Positions 1-12,200 of a stretch of DNA of 64,000 nt are shown in pieces. Numbering within the stretch: the first letter of the stretch is position 1; the number at the start of each line of letters is the position of its first letter. The position numbers were made by a program, and so were the translations under genes. Below the pieces are notes generated by a model, which saw only the letters and a program-made list of their open reading frames with translations, searched no databases and was not told the origin of the DNA. The stretch covers positions 41,416,001-41,480,000 of the forward strand of contig NC_047021.1 of the NCBI RefSeq assembly GCF_902652985.1. The letters are read 5' to 3'. The stretch is from Pecten maximus. Taxonomy: Eukaryota.

Positions 1-200
1 CGCGGTGGCCGAGTGGTTAAGGTGTCCCGACACTTTAACACTAGCCCTCCACCTCTGTGTTGCGAGTTCGAAACCTACGTGGGGCAGTTGCCAGGTACTG
101 ACCGTAGGCCGGTGGGTTTTCTCTGGGTACTCCGGCTTTCCTCCACCTCCAAAACCTGGCACGTCCTTAAATGAACAAAAACAAACCAAAACAAACCAAA
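1..200 (+). mobile_element. tRNA-derived V-SINE (RUDI/BivaV-like), 5' end at the window edge, part of the 3' tail deleted
   Basis: A-box GGTGGCCGAGTGGTTAAG, B-box GAGTTCGAAAC, V-domain-like GGTTTTCTCTGGGTACTCCGGCTTTCCTCC, (CAAA)-rich tail; near-identical copies at 46103-46316 and 50219-50437. Confidence 0.85.
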
Positions 201-2904
201 CTGTGATGAAAATGAAGTAGGACATACATATCGTTTTTTTTATTCAAATGTTAAAAAACGAATATTTTTATCAGATTAGGGAAAAACTTGTACCAAAATA
301 TCATTACACAAATCTAAATGTTAACAAAATGAAAGGGATGCTTAAAATATGTTATAAACAATTGATTAAAAGGGTAAGCATATTTCTAGTAAATTTACAA
401 ACAATTCTAAATAAACAATTGAGTTAAGATATTTATTACTTGTGTATATCAAAATGCCATCATCACATTGCAGCCTGTTGAATCTGTCCATCTGTCCATC
501 TATCCATCTACTTCCGTTGCCATGTTATACAATTGTTATATATTACTTGACCTATTGTTACACTGAGTATCAGGGTTAAATAAAAATATTCAATCTGGAT
601 GAACTTGTGTTTGTTATCCCTAATTGTGTGTATTGCGTTAAGAGGAATTGGTAGATAAGGGTGAGTGGGCGTGGATTTAGGTAGGGGGACTTTACTGATA
701 GCAGGTGACACACGGCTGAGAAAGCGTGTTGACAATTAAGGTCATGGAAGCTGTTGCTGCTGCTGCTGGGCTTGCGTCAAGTATCTAATAGATGCGTGGA
801 GACCAGAGTTGGGTCTGGTGAGAGAAGGTATTGTTCTATTCTACGAAGATAGCAACGAAGACAGCATATACATTTTTCGGCATAGCCGTATAATTTTCTT
901 TTGGCCCCGAATATGACGCGAAAGGTGGCGTTACTGATCAAGATGAAGTATGTGACTGGTCAATGTAGCGGTAAATGCAAAATGCAGATATGCAGTTTAA
1001 GACGAAACAAAATTAGGATTGAATGCAAGCTGAATAAGTGGATGTATCTTTTCAAATGACACATTAATAAAATCATATTCCTGATTCAAATGCATTCTTT
1101 TTATTACCAAAAATGATTCAAACTGATATAATTTTGTTATCCCTGCTGAAACGCATTTATTAATTAGTTCGTTAATTTATTTCTCCAGCAGTTTAACATT
1201 ATAACCACCAGCATGAAAACTATGCCGTTTATCTTTTTTAAAGATATTTCTTGTTTATTGAATGCGTACGTATTTTGATGAGTTAAAGTTTAGTTGTCGA
1301 AGATTTATTGGAATAACTATAAACAAAACGCGAGAGGCTTTGATAGGTGTTTTTCTTAAATTGGGCTTTTACCAATCAATGCATACCTGTATAAAACGAA
1401 AAAAAAACCCATTTTAGTCAAGCAGTAAAACTGCTAAATTTTGATAATTGTCTGATAAATATAGATATATTCAACTGTATACAAGTATTTTTATTGCTTA
1501 TATATTTTGATGTCTTTCTTGACTTTGTCTGGTGTGAGAAAATCCATTAATTTGATGACTTGGCATGATTTGGTAAAAACAACAACAAACAAACAAACAA
1601 ATAAATAGGACAAACGCAAAAAAAAAATGGAAGTATATATACGAAACAAAGATAGTGAACGTTTAAAATCTTATTTTGAGAAAATTCTGTCCCCGCTGAC
1701 CTTCAAACTCCTTCGGCTGAAACGGACAAAGTTCCATAACTCAACAACGGCAGAATGAATCTACCCGTTAAAGCTTCGTGCAGACAATACTCACCACTAA
1801 TTCATGATCACTGAAGCATAAATCAGCGCCGTGACGTCACTATGTAGCCACACTTACAGGTGTGTGGAAGTGTAAAGGTATGTAGCAGGGTAATTGGAAC
1901 GGAAAATTAACCGATATATATACACAACTGGCTTACCGTGTTACCTGATACGATACTACAAGGCTATTCTAAAAATAGACATTCGTGTTGAAGCTATAAG
2001 GTTATAGATTTTCATATGTGTGTGTACGTAAATACCAAGGGAACTGCTTATGTCTCCATCTCCGAAAGCAAACGTATGTGTGACGTGGTTATGATACAGG
2101 TAAATTGTTTATCTTTAATCTATCTCACCTGCTCAATACATTTAGATATAATGTTTTAGATATAATCATATACTGGTCATGTTGGTAAGGTATACAGTGT
2201 ATATACCTGTGTATTCGTCACAATTCGTCACGCAGTTCTAACCAACCAACTTAGCTAACCACTGGCAAGTAATTTCTTCATGATATAATATTTTTAACCG
2301 AAAGCGTTTTATGTCATACAGAAGGTTGATATACCTACATCAGGGGATATTTGTTTCAGACAGTACCACGGGACATATATATATACATGAAGGTATCTGG
2401 TGCTAATCCGCCATGGACACACAATGTGATTAGCCAAGGTTTACGGGTGTAATATTATATACATGTACATTATAATTAGTTATAACGTGTAGTAATAACG
2501 ACAGTACAGGCAAACTACCCCTTTACCAAGACAGAAATATATATCAAAACACCCCGTATACAATATATACACACCCATACATAAATGTAGCATAGTAGAG
2601 ACATTATTTGTCGAACAAATCGATATAATACAATATACAAATGTAGGACGGTGAATGGTGAGGTGATCCAGTCGCCATTTAAAACTTGTTTTGAATCAGT
2701 GTACTTGTATTACATGTAGGTACATGTATATAGTTTACTTCGCCTATTAGATTTAATATATATGTATTTCGAAATGATCCAGAGGGTTGTGAAATATACA
2801 ACAATTTTACTATCTACGTCGGCAGTGACATACAGGAAGATTTCGTGGCATTTAAACAACGCTCCTTCGTAATATAATCTATACATAAGATGAATGTTGT
2901 TAGT

Positions 2905-3645
2905 TTTTATATATAACAAACGTATTCCGTCGCTGCCACCAGTGTTATTTTTTATATACATGTATTACTATCCTATCACTGTCATTAGTTTTACGCCTTT
3001 ATATATAAAAATCCCACCGCTGCCACCAGTGTTATACTTACATTTATATATATATATATTACAACACACAGCTGTCATCAACGTTAGGCTTTTATATGTT
3101 ACAATTCCAACGCTGTCACCAGTGTTACGTTTAAATATATTACAATCCCAACGCTGTCACTAGTTTAACGTTTTTATGTATCGAAATCTCACCGTTGCCA
3201 CCAGTTTTTTTTCCATATATATTACGATCCCACTGCTGTCACCAACGTTACGTTTTTATATGTTACAATCCCACCGCTGCCACAAGTGTTACGTTTTAAT
3301 ATACTAAAATCCAAATGCTGTCACCATTGTTACGTATTTATATATACATGTATTACTATCCCACCGCTGCCACCAGTGTTATGTTTTTATATGTATTACA
3401 ATCCCACCGCAGCCACCAGTGTTACGTTTTAATATATTAAAATCCCAATGCTGCCGCCAGTGTTACGTAATTATATATATTAAAATCCCAACGCTGTCAC
3501 AGGTGTTACGTTTAAATATATTACAATCCAACGCTGTCACCTGTGTTATGTTTTTATATATAGCAATCCCACCGCTGCCAAAAGTGTTACGTTTTAATAT
3601 ATTAAAATCCCAATGCTGCCACCAGTGTTACGTTTTCATACATTA
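2905..3645. repeat. ~41-bp minisatellite (ATATATTACAATCCCAACGCTGTCACCAGTGTTACGTTTAA-like), about 18 diverged copies
   Basis: CGCTGTCAC recurs at 3111 and 3152 (period 41); explains ORFs 2894-3163 and 3419-3646. Confidence 0.9.
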
Positions 3646-4977
3646 AAATTGTATTTAACCTCTGGCACAAGCTCACAATTAATTTAATAACAAATTGTGA
3701 AGAAATCTATATACACTTCATTTACAGCATCATGTAAATCCATCAAACCGAGCAATCAACACCAGTCTCCAATATTTTTTCGTCACTACACGTACATTTT
3801 CTTAGTTGTCAACTGACACTATTTAAAAATACACACTCTCAAATCCTAACCCTCATCGAGGTCTACTCACGTCTATCCTCTGCTCTAGAACTCTAAATAC
3901 TCCAAGCTCTAGACCTCCTCTTTATTGTCCGACAGCCCAACTCCCTGCTCCTGACTGACCATTCTCTCCAAACTTTCTAGACTTAATCTGCCACCTTTGT
4001 CAGAATCCTGCTGCATTAAATCGAGGTTGAATAAATGGTTAATCCATAGGTCAGCTCTTTCGCTCTCACTGAAAAGTAATATCACAGACTAGACCTTCCC
4101 CACAAGAACTCACACAGTCACTCTTATCTACAGCTTCCAACCGAAACAATTATCTATGGTTACTATGCACCCTAAAGAAAACAACATAGACTACAAGCCA
4201 AGCTAATACTATGTATAACAAATTGTATACATATGAACAGTTAAATGACCAATAAATGCATGAAAATATTATCATATTGTTGTAATCTTGTATTAGTTAT
4301 CATATGCCATATTTGTGCTGATTGAAGCTTAAATGCATAATTGCATTATTCGCCTATTACATTTCTGAATTAATAATCTTTTATGAATATTTATGATTTA
4401 AAGGTGACATTTTTTTGTACACAAGTTTGTCAGAGTGAAAAATAAATCAACAACTGAACTTGAATTTCTTTGATATCACAGAATCCATACTTTTTAAGGA
4501 TATATATATTGGGGGTCAATTTCACTTTTTGCGTTGATAAAAACTAATCAGTATTTGGTCATTGAATCTATTGAACGGTTTGAATTATACAAACCCTGCT
4601 GCATTATGTTTGGGCTTGAAAACGGTCTTGGTTTAGGAGAAGAAATTGAGAATGTTTCTTGCAAAATGGCCCTTTGAAATTGACTGTCAGGAATCATATA
4701 TGACATTTATATTAATTGCATGGTTTTATGCCCTCCTTGCTGGTTTTCTAATACAATACACACAGAAGAAAATAAACGAATTTTCGTGTCGCTATAACTT
4801 GATATCATAACATACTCATTCTTGTTACAAAATTGAGTCATATTCCGATCACAGAACTAACGATTGAAATGAAAAATAAGGCTTTGTTATTGTTTTTTCC
4901 AGTTATAACCATGACATAGTAGTATAACGTGAAGAAGTTTCCAGAATTTTCCCGGGAATACCCGAGTTGTTCCTGAG

Positions 4978-5044
4978 ATGCCTCGACGGACAGGCAGCGC
5001 CGGCATCTTTGCAATATCAATAGCACTAATGGTTTACCATACAG
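4978..5044 (+). CDS. Gene A exon 1, signal peptide MPRRTGSAGIFAISIALMVYHT
   Basis: ATG, basic n-region, hydrophobic h-region; donor ACAG|gtgtgt in phase 1 matches exon 2. Confidence 0.65.
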
Positions 5045-6166
5045 GTGTGTAGATAATCAATCACCTAGATTTCGTTTCACTTTTTTGTAAAACTACAATG
5101 GATGATTTTAAGTGATGAAATTTCGTATCCTCCCTGACAACAGATAAATATCAAAATAAAGCAAGACAAAGTTTATTTTTTTATCTATTTCATTTTCCCT
5201 TTTTTTGTGTGTAAATATCTAATGAAACACGAGGAAATTTTAAATAGTGAGGTAAATTCTGTGATATTAAGGGGACATTTTGATCGGTGAGACACATTTT
5301 GTGATGTAATAGAAAGACTCGATTACTTACACTGAAATTGAAAGTATAATGCTTTAGTGAGTCACATTTGGGATATCAAGTGGAGTTTCATATGAAATCC
5401 ACGGAGAAGACTATGGTTCGGTGGGGTAAAATTTTGTTTCTCAGTTTTGTCTGTATCATTTGTTTATATCTAACGTGTTTATTTTTACAGATGCTGCCGA
5501 TTCAGTTACACTGAGCGAACTAGTTTGTGACTCTCAGGTAAGAACCCCGTTTAGACACTGTCAGCTGATACAAAACATTGAAAAATTTAAACTTCTAAAT
5601 GTATGAAGGGTTCAAGTACAATATTCTTGCTTAAGAATGAAATAAAAAAGTTTCACAGTGCTTTTTCAAAATTTGAAATTACAAATTTTCTTTTATGAAC
5701 TTGAAATATTTTTTTTATTATATCGATTTCAGATTTACGATATAAAAGATGGTGACTCTTTGTTAATAAAATGGGATGGAACTGAACTCCCTAAGTACTG
5801 TCGCCTTGGATTCGAGGCTCCAGACACCAGTTCCTGGACATGTTTCAATATAGAAAAATTTCGTCTGTACAACTGTAAATTTTATATTGAAATATATAAA
5901 AATTTTGAGAAGTACTCATCAAAGGTAAGTAGTTTTAGCTCTAAAATCTTTTTTTTCTCGATGGCCTAAATATGTATTAGTCACTGTTTGTGTCATAGCA
6001 ACCAATTTAATTATCAAGGTTGGGTACTAATTTTAGCATCATGACATTACTACATGGTGACCCAAACTTGACAGATGAGGAAAATAAATAAATATTTTAT
6101 CAAGTTCAAAACTACATTATCAGAACAGGTAGATTTTAATGATTGGGTTTCGCACCAAATCTCATC

Positions 6167-6215
<49 letters not shown>

Positions 6216-9200
6216 CTACTCCCCACTTGAATTTTTTCTGCTCCATCAATGTATTGATAGTATCGGTAAAATCATAGTCGGTCTTGTTAAATGATCTTAA
6301 TATCTATTGTATCTTCTATTAAAACAATAATTAAATATTGTATATCATAATTGCAAATAATCTTATAGGGAAATGGCTTTAAATAAGAGCATACTCTTGT
6401 TGCCAAATCCCTAATTTCCAATTATTGTATATATTGACCCATGTATTGTATATACCATTGATAATAAAATACTGTTTAAACCAACCAATTTAATTTTCCG
6501 GATTTCATTGAAATATGATTTCCTTGAGACACACAAACCCCTATAGATTTCCTTAAAATGCCACCTACACACCTTGTATACTCTCTAAAGACATACTCTC
6601 TTAACCTGTTTACTGATTTCATTAAAACATATTCTAAAAAGCCACACTTCTGATGTTATTGAATCATATCCCAATTTCATTGCAACTTTCTCAAAATAAA
6701 ACCCCACTACTGACTTCATTAAAACTTCCTCTTAATAAATCCTCAACTACTAATTTCAATGAAACATTATGATACTCTCCAAACCACACTACTAATTCCG
6801 TTGAACATACTCTCCTCAAGTACATTACTGACTGCATTCAAACATACTCTCCAAACTACACAGGCTACTGTTGTTAATACCTAATCCAGAAAATAGATAG
6901 ATCACTATTACTATCATTCTGTTTGAATTTGACGCCCTGTGACAAAATTTGATCTGTTAATTCTTCCTCGGCAAAAATATTTTAAACAAAATATGTATAT
7001 ATATAATAAATGTGCAACGTTCGTTGCATTAAACAGTAACTGAACCGCGTTATCTAACATCCCACACTGCTGTTGACTATCTAATGTTTTTTACAGAGAT
7101 ATGACTGCAGTTCCACAGACATCGACGATGAGTACTGCTTACAATCCCAGAAGATAACCTACCTCAAGTTTACCTACAACCATACCGGAATCGCCTCGTT
7201 TAGTCCACATGTTAGACTCTCCGTCAGCGTTCAACATAAAGAGGCCGATGCCGTTGCTTCACCTGAAGGTATGTGAATTATAAATAAAGAGTGGCAGTAT
7301 TACTGGGTTACTCTCGACCACGATGTCTCAGATATCCACGATTCAAACCTTCACGATTTATTGCATGGAATGTCTTTTTGTCTTCGCTTTCCTGTGGTCT
7401 CAGTTCGTTCTGTTACAAAGCCAACATGGTTTTGTCCAAGATTTGCCACGATTTCCATCACTTCTACTTTAGTAATCTTATGGACGTTATGATACGCTTG
7501 GTCACGTTCTTTTCGGCCTTTTCGTTCATAAATTTAATTGAGCTTTCGCTTTCCTGCATTGATGGCCATGATTTAAACTAGATTACCATGCTTTACTTTT
7601 TCATTCGGTCCAGATATATGTGGGTTATAATTCGTTAAAACATATATTGCCCCTCTTTTGTTAAAAAAAAAAAGAAAAAAAAAGAGGGGTGGGGGGTGGG
7701 GGGTGGGGGTGGGAAGGTAATGAATCACCTCTTGCAGGCTAGTATCTCTAATGATATGGGACATTAATGAACAACGCTTATTATACATCACGTGTCCCCA
7801 TTTGAAGTTACGAGTTTCTAGCACTGGCTTCGTCCCTTGAAGCTTTTGATATAATTATCCTTATATCCTTATTGTATATTCTTGTGGAATCGTTGTGAAA
7901 CCTTAATGAATCGGTTTCTTAAAGTTAGGGATTGGGGATATACCTCTCTATATCAAACTGCATTAGAATCCTTGAAAACAACATTTTGTTGCAGTCTCAA
8001 CTATGTCTTTTATCCAAATTATTCATTCTTTTCCTTGTACTATTAAAGGAGGGGTATAGTCCTATCGGGATATTGTTTTCCACAAACGTGCAATTATAGA
8101 AATATTGATTATAAAGAATCCCAAACCGCTTTTGATCAATCTTGAACATCCGCTTCTGTCTCTGGTGTCAACATCTTTACACTGCCACACCATTCTATCT
8201 CCATTCTAAATTTAAAGATCGCATCCATGCTCTGATGACGATATAAATGATCATGGCGCTACAAGTCCAAACATATGAACACAAAATATTGTCGCGTAAT
8301 TAGTTAAATATATGACAAGGACTCAGACCCAGACTTCAACAGACTATTGGCATACCCATCAAACAATCTGTGTCCCTCTTTTGGCCGACTTATTTATCTT
8401 TTCATACGAGACTTATTATACTAAATAACTCATCGGAATAGGTACAGGAGACTAAGTCCTTCAATTTTACCTGTACAATTACCAATGATGTGTTATCGAA
8501 AAAAGCTATATTGACCATATTTATCAGATATATCCTGTATATTTTATAAATCAAGGATACTACAGTCGCTAACCTCGGTCTTGACTTACAATATAATCAA
8601 CAGGACCAGCTTACTGTTAAGCCGTATGATAAGTGACGATTCTTGCTTCATCTCTATTGATAATTTTCCATTTCTAGATAGTAACATCCCTGCATCCCCT
8701 ACATACAATTGGTTTTTTTTTTACATGTTCAAGTTCATTCGATATTCGAGGGATTTTGCTCTCTTTCATTATTTCCGTTATGTATATCACCTACTGCGGT
8801 AAAACCAAAAACAGAAGGTTTCGAGAGATGCTTGTTGATATACCTGGTGACACCCCTGTCACCAACACAGTTCCCATTTTAAGGATAAGACTTAAACCAA
8901 ATTCTACCTATAATTGTGTAGCTGAAGACACTTACCTTTCCACAACACCTAATCTTATTATTATTATTTTTCAATGGTATTCATGCAAGTATTTATGTTG
9001 TTTTGTATTGAGCCAGAAAAACGTATTCTTTTTCATTAGGACATTCTCTGTATGCCCTCCCCTAAATTAAGCGGAATTTCTTACGCTGGAGGATCTAGAA
9101 ATGTTAAGGTATGTTAGGCCCCATTACGTTCATTTACGTTTTACACGTTCCTTTACGCTCTCAAAAGATGTGGAATTGAATCGGCAGGATCGTGGCAAAA

Positions 9201-12200
9201 TTTTAGACAGGCAAAACGACCCTAACAATCGTCACAATTCCATAAAGTGTCCTCAAGATCACCAAGATTTCACCCCCAACGACGTCGTGGCCAAGTGTAA
9301 ACCAAGCATACTGATACTATATAGTTAGTAATATTTGCGGGGGAATTAGAGTTTGCTCTGTCAGCGGTCATTACTCACAATGCGAAAATAAATACTCCGC
9401 GAATATTTTACGACGAATGATTAATGTTTGTTGGAATATATAATTAAACACACAAACAGATGTACACATGTATGTCTCGCCGTGAACACCTTGTTTTTGC
9501 AGAATTTTAATGGGGTGGTATTGCGAAAAATTGGCTAACAGCGAACTAGTCCGACTTCATCAACCACGAAATATTGCGCCTCGGTTATGAATATTGAATT
9601 GATCATACCTCTCCTAGGTTTGAAGCCAAAAGAAGAACTAGACAACACGAGCCGTGTCTGATAGATGGGACGAAATCTTCTCAAGTTCAGTCCGAATACC
9701 AATCCTTCTTTTAGTAGGATTCAGATTCGTTTGCAGCAATTTAGATACATCTTTATCAACCATGTCTCATATTGCTACATATAGACAAAGTCATGTTCAA
9801 GTTGTAATTGTCGTTACGAAGTTATTTGAATCGCGTTGATCTGGAATCGTTTCGACAAGAAGTTAATAGCGGTGTTTAGTTTTGAGGAGAAGTGACGAAG
9901 GCGTTAAGCAGCGGTTTAGTGTACCAGGTACGCCTTCCATTGTCAATACTAATACACTGACCATGTTGTGATTTTTCCTCACTACACGACTCTTTGTGGT
10001 AGTTTTGTGCTCTCTTTAACTATTCTTTGCCCATCCTTGTATTTATCACCTGTAATAGATATTTGTCTTTCCCTATGGAAATCTTACCTCCTTCTCCCTT
10101 CACATTGTCTTTCCCTATGGAAATCTTACCTCCTTTCTCCTTCACATTGTCTTTCCCTATGGAAATCTTACCTCCTTTCCCCCTTCACATTGTCTTTCCC
10201 TATGGAAATCTTACCTCCTTCTCCCTTCACATGGTCTTTCCCTATGGAAATCTTACCTCCTTTCTCCTTCACATTGTCTTTCCCTATGGAAATCTTACCT
10301 CCTTTCCCCCTTCACATTGTCTTTCCCTATGGAAATCTTACCTCCTTCTCCCTTCACATTGTCTTTCCCTATGGAAATCTTACCTCCTTTCCCCCTTCAC
10401 ATTGTCTTTCCCTATGGAAATCTTACCTCCTTTCCCCTTCACATTGTCTTTCCCTATGGAAATCTTACCTCCTTCTCCCTTCACATTGTCTTTCCCCTAT
10501 GGAAATCTTACCTCCTTTCCCCTTCACATTGTCTTTCCCTATGGAAATCTTACCTCCTTTCTCCTTCACATTGTCTTTCCCTATGGAAATCTTACCTCCT
10601 TTCCCCCTTCACATTGTCTTTTCCTATGGAAATAACCTGCTTTCGCTCCTCATTTGTCTTTCCCTTCGGAAATCTTTCCTCACGCCCCTTCACTTTAAAG
10701 TAGACTTTATCTGGTGGAGGATATGTCGAGGCATGTTAAATCACTGTTTATGGGTTAAAACATTTTACATAATACTGGAGGTAGAAAATGTTCCTGACGT
10801 TGACGTTGAAGATAGCAAATGCCGACACTTCTTGACATAATATCATGTTTCGTCTCTGATGTTGTTACAGGAGCATATGATGTCCTTTTGTTTTTGTTTA
10901 ATGTCTTCTCTTTAAAGTTCTCTTTCATTTTCATTTTAATTATGATTTGTGTCCTCGGGCCCTGATGGCCATGATAAAATTTGTGGTATGCATTTCGCTG
11001 AAAAAAAAATAATAAAAAAAAAAACAATGTCAGCTAATCCGCCAAATCTCACTTTAAGATGTGTTGCTGAGCTCTCAATACACTGGATAATCTTACATGA
11101 TCCATTTGGTAAGATATATATTATGTGACCCCCCACCCCCAACCGAAAGTCAAAGTACAGCAACCCAACAGGAAATATTTTTTACGTAACTTCCTAGTAA
11201 AAATCTCCCCTGTTACAAGTCAACAGAGTGTGTCTTGTCATTGAAGATTTTGTTTTGTAGTGAGGTTGCATATTCAAAAGATTCCACTTGCACTGATTAT
11301 GACTGCTTGAAGCGAACAAAAAATATGATGTCAGTTGCGTGTAATTTTGTGGTGAAATGAAAATGAGGCATCGCCTTACACACTTCGCCGAAAGTACAGC
11401 GCTAGTTCAAGACTTTTCTCTCCGCTGGACTGCGCTTATTAAAACACATCTGTATTTTCGAAGCGAAAGCGAACGGATAATTGAAGCAGACATTCCTTTC
11501 TACCTAATTTGAGCGTTTTGATGATGAAGATGGTGGATATCAGAATGTTTACACGCATTGAATTTGACAAGAAACACAAATCATTTACGTTTCAAGGGGT
11601 ACACTTAGACTACTTACAAATTCTTAAGAACTATTGTAGTAAAATTATATTTTCTGTAGTTTCGGTTAAATACCTAGCAGGTTGTGTTAGTGTTAGGGTT
11701 GATATGGTCTCGTGTTTAATAGGCTGAGTAGATTTGGATTTCAAAGTGACTTTGGCTCAAATGCGTTTATAGCCATTCAAATTTTATTTCTTCTGATTTG
11801 CCCTTACAATGGCGTGAAATCTTGGCATGAAAAGATGCTCTTAGTCAGTATTGTTACCAGTCATGCCGATGTTTTACTTCCTTGTACCCAATAACGTTGA
11901 ACATATGAGTTCTTTTACCAAAGTGTATTATCCCCCTTTGTTTATTTTCAGTTTCGGAAATCACACGAAACATCTTGGCCATAGGTGTAGCGATAGGATT
12001 TATAGTATGTTTTGTCGCAGTGAAAAAGAGAGAACATTTAAAGAATTGCAAAGAATATATGGAATGTATAGCCTGCCTTCCATGCGCTTTATGTGAACTG
12101 ATATGCACGGCATGCCGCTCTTTAAAGAATAGATGTCGTGACTGTGTGACGTCAGTGGATATTGACTGCAGTCAGCCATTGGTTTGTTGTCAGCCTCGTT

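Noticed and set aside
1-80. tRNA gene
   Set aside because: It is the tRNA-derived head of a SINE that continues into a V domain and has dispersed copies with TSDs
522-1207. Possible solo LTR starting TGTTATACA (a similar start lies on the - strand at ~4220)
   Set aside because: No convincing TSD, PBS or PPT, and no internal similarity established by eye
5392-5490. Alternative starts for gene A (ATG 5392 or 5413)
   Set aside because: Read-through from 5413 is out of frame with exon 2 and stops; the phase-1 mini-exon lacks a signal peptide, so 4978-5044 fits better
9968-10840. 290/202/128-aa ORFs
   Set aside because: They come from a 42/43-bp minisatellite with frame-shifting units
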